Source: Candidatus Ozemobacteraceae bacterium (GTDB lineage Bacteria; Muiribacteriota; Ozemobacteria; Ozemobacterales; Ozemobacteraceae). From it: a stretch of 64,000 bases of DNA. Where the stretch lies: positions 2,272,001-2,336,000 of the forward strand of contig OZ223236.1 of assembly GCA_965140445.1 (NCBI GenBank), written 5' to 3'. This document shows, piece after piece, positions 60,478 to 64,000 of this stretch. The translations under genes and the position numbers were made by a program. A model generated the notes under the pieces. The model searched no databases. It saw nothing but the letters and a program-made list of their open reading frames with translations, and had not been told where the DNA came from. How positions within the stretch are numbered: the first letter of the stretch is position 1; each line of letters starts with the position of its first letter.

Positions 60478-63400
60478 TTATTTTTTACTATTCAAAACTT
60501 TGGATATTTTGGTGGATAAATTTTGTAGGCTATAAGGCTTTGAGATAAATTCTACTTCTGTATCAAGAATTCCTCTAGTTAAGATCGCATCCTCTGTAAA
60601 ACCGGATGAAAAAATGGTTGGCAGTTCTGGCAAGAGTTCATGAACCTTTTCTGATAACTCTCTACCGTTTATCCCTGGCATAACCACGTCTGTTAAAAGC
60701 AGGGATGGCATTTCCTCAGTTTCAAGAGAGTTTTGTAACCATATTAGTGCTTCTTTACCATTAGGGAAGTCTATGACCCGGTAGTTAAACATTGTTAACC
60801 CTTCTTTTACTAATCCTCTCAATGAATCTTCGTCTTCAACCACCATTATAAGCTCCCCGTTACCTTTTGACTGATACTTTTCGTTTTCCAATGGATTTTT
60901 CAGTAATTCATTTGAGGCAGGAATTAGAATCTTAAAAGTTGTTCCAGTTCCCAGTTCTGAGTAAACCTGTATAACACCGCCAAGTTGATTAATGACACCG
61001 TAAACCATTGCCATTCCAAGGCCTGTTCCCTTACCTACTTCTTTTGTTGTAAAAAATGGTTCGAAAATGTGTTGTCTTACTTCCTCAGACATTCCTGAAC
61101 CTGTATCTGATATAGCAATATTTACGTATCTTCCTTCTTTTAATCCTTGAGTAAGCTCACTAAGGCTGCTGTCAAGGTTTACATTGCTGGCCTCAATTAT
61201 TAGCTTGCCGCCATCTGTCATAGCATCTCTAGCGTTAACCGCCATATTTACAAAAACCTGTTCCAGTTGACCAGTGTCCGCTTTTATTGGATAAAGGTTT
61301 TCAGCAATTTTCAGTTTTAGATTAATATCTTCTCCAATAACCCTATCCAGCATTATTTTAAGGTTTTTTAAAAGAAATGCTAAATCGATGGTTGTATGCT
61401 CTACTATATCTTTTCTGGAAAATGCCAAAAGTTGTCTGGTTAAAGAGCTGGCACTTTTTCCAGCCTTGGCAACTTCTTGGAGCATTTTGGCCATATCACT
61501 TGTCATTTGAGGATTTAAAAGGAGTAACTCAGTGAACCCATTTATTACTGTTAGCAAATTGTTAAAATCATGAGCAATTCCCCCTGCCAGGCGTCCCACA
61601 GATTCCATCTTTTGGGCTTGCAAAAATTGAGCTTCAAGTTTTTTTCTTGATTCCTCTGCTTTAATTTTCTCCGAGATATCTCGCCATTGACAAAAAATAG
61701 CAGATTCCCCGTGAAGAGTTAATGAGGCTAAGGTGACTTCGACTGGTAGTTCTGTTTCATCTTTTCTTAAATGGGTCCATTCAAATCTTAACACGCCTTG
61801 AATAAGTGCTTGACGCATGAACTCGTCGGCTTTCTGCCTCGAATTTAAACCATCTGGTTGAAATTCAGGAGAAATTTTTGATGGATGAATTGATACTAAC
61901 TCTTCCTTTGAGCCATATTTTAGTGCTCTAATAGCCGATAGATTACAGTCTTCGAACAAGCCATTTTTTATAATCCAGCTTGGATCTGGCGAATTATCAA
62001 ATAGAATTCTAAACCTTTCTTCACTTTCTCTTAGAGCTTGTAATGACATGTGAAGGTCTGTTATATCTCGCCCTTCGGCTATCAAATATTTTATAGCTCC
62101 AAAATTGTCTTTAAATGGTTTTAGTGAAAAATCGATAATCTGATTCTTGTCAGTATTGTTGGAGGCTGCTTCAAATCTGATAAATTTGCCCGAAGCAGCA
62201 GATTTTATTCCATGCTTTATCTGTTCTTGAAGGTTCGCAGAGTGGTTCCACCATGGAGTTTCCCAGAAAGGCTTTCCAACAACTTCTTCTTTTGAAGCTC
62301 CTATTAGGTCAAGGGCTGGTGAATTCGCTTCTATTATCTCGCCAGTTTTTGTTAAAATTCCTGTTAGCTGAAAAGATTGATCGAAGAGAGCTTTTAATTT
62401 TTCACTACTCTCTTCCAGCGCAAGTTTTTGCCGCTTATTTAAATCTATTTCTTTTTCAAGCTCTGTGGTTCTCAATTTTACTTGTCGCCTTAGCTGGAAA
62501 TTCCAAAATAAAGCCAGAGAGACGATTCCAAAAAGAATTACAATCCCTTTTTGCGCATTTTCAATGGTTTCAGCTGAAGAATCAATAGTTTTGAGCCATT
62601 TTTCATGTATTTTTGCGATTTTTTGCGGAGGGGCAAGTTTGATGGCTTTATCAAATATCTTTGCTAACGGGGCAAGATCCTTACGAAAGCCCATTGCCAT
62701 TTCGATTTTAAAAGGTGCAGAAAAAGCGATTCTCAGCTCGGATAGATTATGTTTTTTAGAGTAATAAGCAAGAGATGCCATGTCTATTAGGCCAGCATCT
62801 GATGTGCCAAGTAAAACTTGCCCAATTAAACCTTCAGTCCGGTCATTCAAAGTCAGATTTATTTGAGGAAAATCAGTTTCGATTATTTTTTGCCCGAGCC
62901 AGCCTTTTAAGTAAGCAACTTTTTTTCCGAACAATTCCTCCATTTTTGAATATTTGGGTGAATTTTTATTGGTAATTATTACATGAGGGATCTCTGCGTA
63001 GGGAGCGGTAAACTCTATAAATCCTTTCCTATCTTCAGAGATAAAAATTGAGGCTGCACCATCCAACTGCTGATTCTTGATTTTGTTTATTACTGTGTCC
63101 CAAGAATCATAGGGATCGGGAATTTCGAATTTTAAGCCAAGCATTTCTGTGGCAAGCTTAAAATAGTCAGCAGAAATTCCTGTATAAACACCTTTTTCAT
63201 CTAAAAATTCAAATGGGGGCCAATCTGGCGAAATTCCTATTTTTAGGGTTTGTAGCTTGGAAAGAAAGTTCTTTTCTTCAATTGAAAGATTGTTAAATGC
63301 TGGTGTATGCGCTTTGGATGGCTGAAGTATAGATATGGTTTCGTTTTCCTGGGCGTTGGCAGAAGTGAAAAAAAATATAGCAATGGCTATCATCAGAAAA

Positions 63401-63483
63401 AAAAGCGTTTTTCTGAGTGGTGACTTGATTTTTCTTGCACAGGACATAGAAGGCAAAAAATTCTGTAGCTTCTCTGATTCCAT
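60478..63483 (-). CDS. Hybrid sensor histidine kinase (periplasmic binding domain, TM, 2 PAS, HisKA, HATPase, REC)
   Basis: [65 protein letters not shown]. Confidence 0.95.
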   Translation of the reverse strand: MESEKLQNFLPSMSCARKIKSPLRKTLFFLMIAIAIFFFTSANAQENETISILQPSKAHTPAFNNLSIEEKNFLSKLQTLKIGISPDWPPFEFLDEKGVYTGISADYFKLATEMLGLKFEIPDPYDSWDTVINKIKNQQLDGAASIFISEDRKGFIEFTAPYAEIPHVIITNKNSPKYSKMEELFGKKVAYLKGWLGQKIIETDFPQINLTLNDRTEGLIGQVLLGTSDAGLIDMASLAYYSKKHNLSELRIAFSAPFKIEMAMGFRKDLAPLAKIFDKAIKLAPPQKIAKIHEKWLKTIDSSAETIENAQKGIVILFGIVSLALFWNFQLRRQVKLRTTELEKEIDLNKRQKLALEESSEKLKALFDQSFQLTGILTKTGEIIEANSPALDLIGASKEEVVGKPFWETPWWNHSANLQEQIKHGIKSAASGKFIRFEAASNNTDKNQIIDFSLKPFKDNFGAIKYLIAEGRDITDLHMSLQALRESEERFRILFDNSPDPSWIIKNGLFEDCNLSAIRALKYGSKEELVSIHPSKISPEFQPDGLNSRQKADEFMRQALIQGVLRFEWTHLRKDETELPVEVTLASLTLHGESAIFCQWRDISEKIKAEESRKKLEAQFLQAQKMESVGRLAGGIAHDFNNLLTVINGFTELLLLNPQMTSDMAKMLQEVAKAGKSASSLTRQLLAFSRKDIVEHTTIDLAFLLKNLKIMLDRVIGEDINLKLKIAENLYPIKADTGQLEQVFVNMAVNARDAMTDGGKLIIEASNVNLDSSLSELTQGLKEGRYVNIAISDTGSGMSEEVRQHIFEPFFTTKEVGKGTGLGMAMVYGVINQLGGVIQVYSELGTGTTFKILIPASNELLKNPLENEKYQSKGNGELIMVVEDEDSLRGLVKEGLTMFNYRVIDFPNGKEALIWLQNSLETEEMPSLLLTDVVMPGINGRELSEKVHELLPELPTIFSSGFTEDAILTRGILDTEVEFISKPYSLQNLSTKISKVLNSKK

Positions 63484-63611
63484 AACTAAAATATAGTGAA
63501 ATCTCAGCCATTAGTCACGCATTAGTTTCATATATACGAAATATAAGAAAAATATGAGAAGTTATTCAATTTATGATTCTCAAGCCTTATGGAATTTTGT
63601 ATAATGAAAAA

Positions 63612-64000
63612 ATGAAAAGCAAATTATTAGCTGTTTTTATTGTTATTTTGGCTTTATATGTTGTTGGACCTGTTTTGGCTCGACCATTATATATTGATGG
63701 CACGCACCGATTAAATGAAATAGGGAAAAATCTTGGCAAGCCAAGTTTTAAAAATGTTTCCCGAACTCGCAGAGTTGCTCATGAAATAGGCGAAAAGAAA
63801 GACTTTTGGACTTTTAACTTTGCCAGCAATACCTGGGAAATAACTCCTGCTGAGTTAAAGGTTGTTGGCAAAACCCATTTTATCTATCTTGAATCAGGAA
63901 AAGACTTTTCTCCTGAGCGCCTTGAATCTCTAAAAAATGAATTTGATAATGTGATTTATCCAACAACCAGTGAATATTTTGGGCATGAGGCCAAGCCAGG
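63612..64000 (+). CDS. Secreted protein, probable metallopeptidase N-terminus (partial)
   Basis: Open frame to window end: MKSKLLAVFIVILALYVVGPVLA...FDNVIYP....FG.E.KP, resembling M30/neutral-protease N-termini; catalytic motif not in window. Confidence 0.6.
   Translation, partial: MKSKLLAVFIVILALYVVGPVLARPLYIDGTHRLNEIGKNLGKPSFKNVSRTRRVAHEIGEKKDFWTFNFASNTWEITPAELKVVGKTHFIYLESGKDFSPERLESLKNEFDNVIYPTTSEYFGHEAKP

Overview
AT-rich bacterial chromosomal window from a probable anaerobe (hcp, IOR, multiheme cytochrome). Gene style suggests a poorly studied lineage such as Ca. Riflebacteria; this is an impression that the full 16S here can test. Contents in order: an exported tryparedoxin-like protein; a candidate sigma28-driven protein carrying an FrpC-type Asp-Pro self-processing module; an nqrB-C-D-E-F-like operon with no nqrA/rnfC, whose NqrB lacks the usual flavinylation motif and which ends in an octaheme HAO-family cytochrome c; an HcpR-FrdX-cupin-hcp nitrosative-stress locus with a perfect FNR-like box; tandem oligoendopeptidase F genes; a Bacillus-like pdxR-pdxST cassette with its operator; yitJ-metH; a complete rrn operon (16S, tRNA-Ile, tRNA-Ala, 23S, 5S); then iorAB, an atypical FabH, secreted phospholipases D and C, truC, tldDE, cat- and fos-like genes, small accessory genes and a hybrid histidine kinase. 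The best novelty candidates are the Nqr-like/octaheme module, the standalone self-processing-module protein, and a 38-aa helical motif shared by two otherwise unrelated secreted proteins. No mobile elements or CRISPR arrays were seen. All family calls come from motif recognition by eye; no database searches were run.
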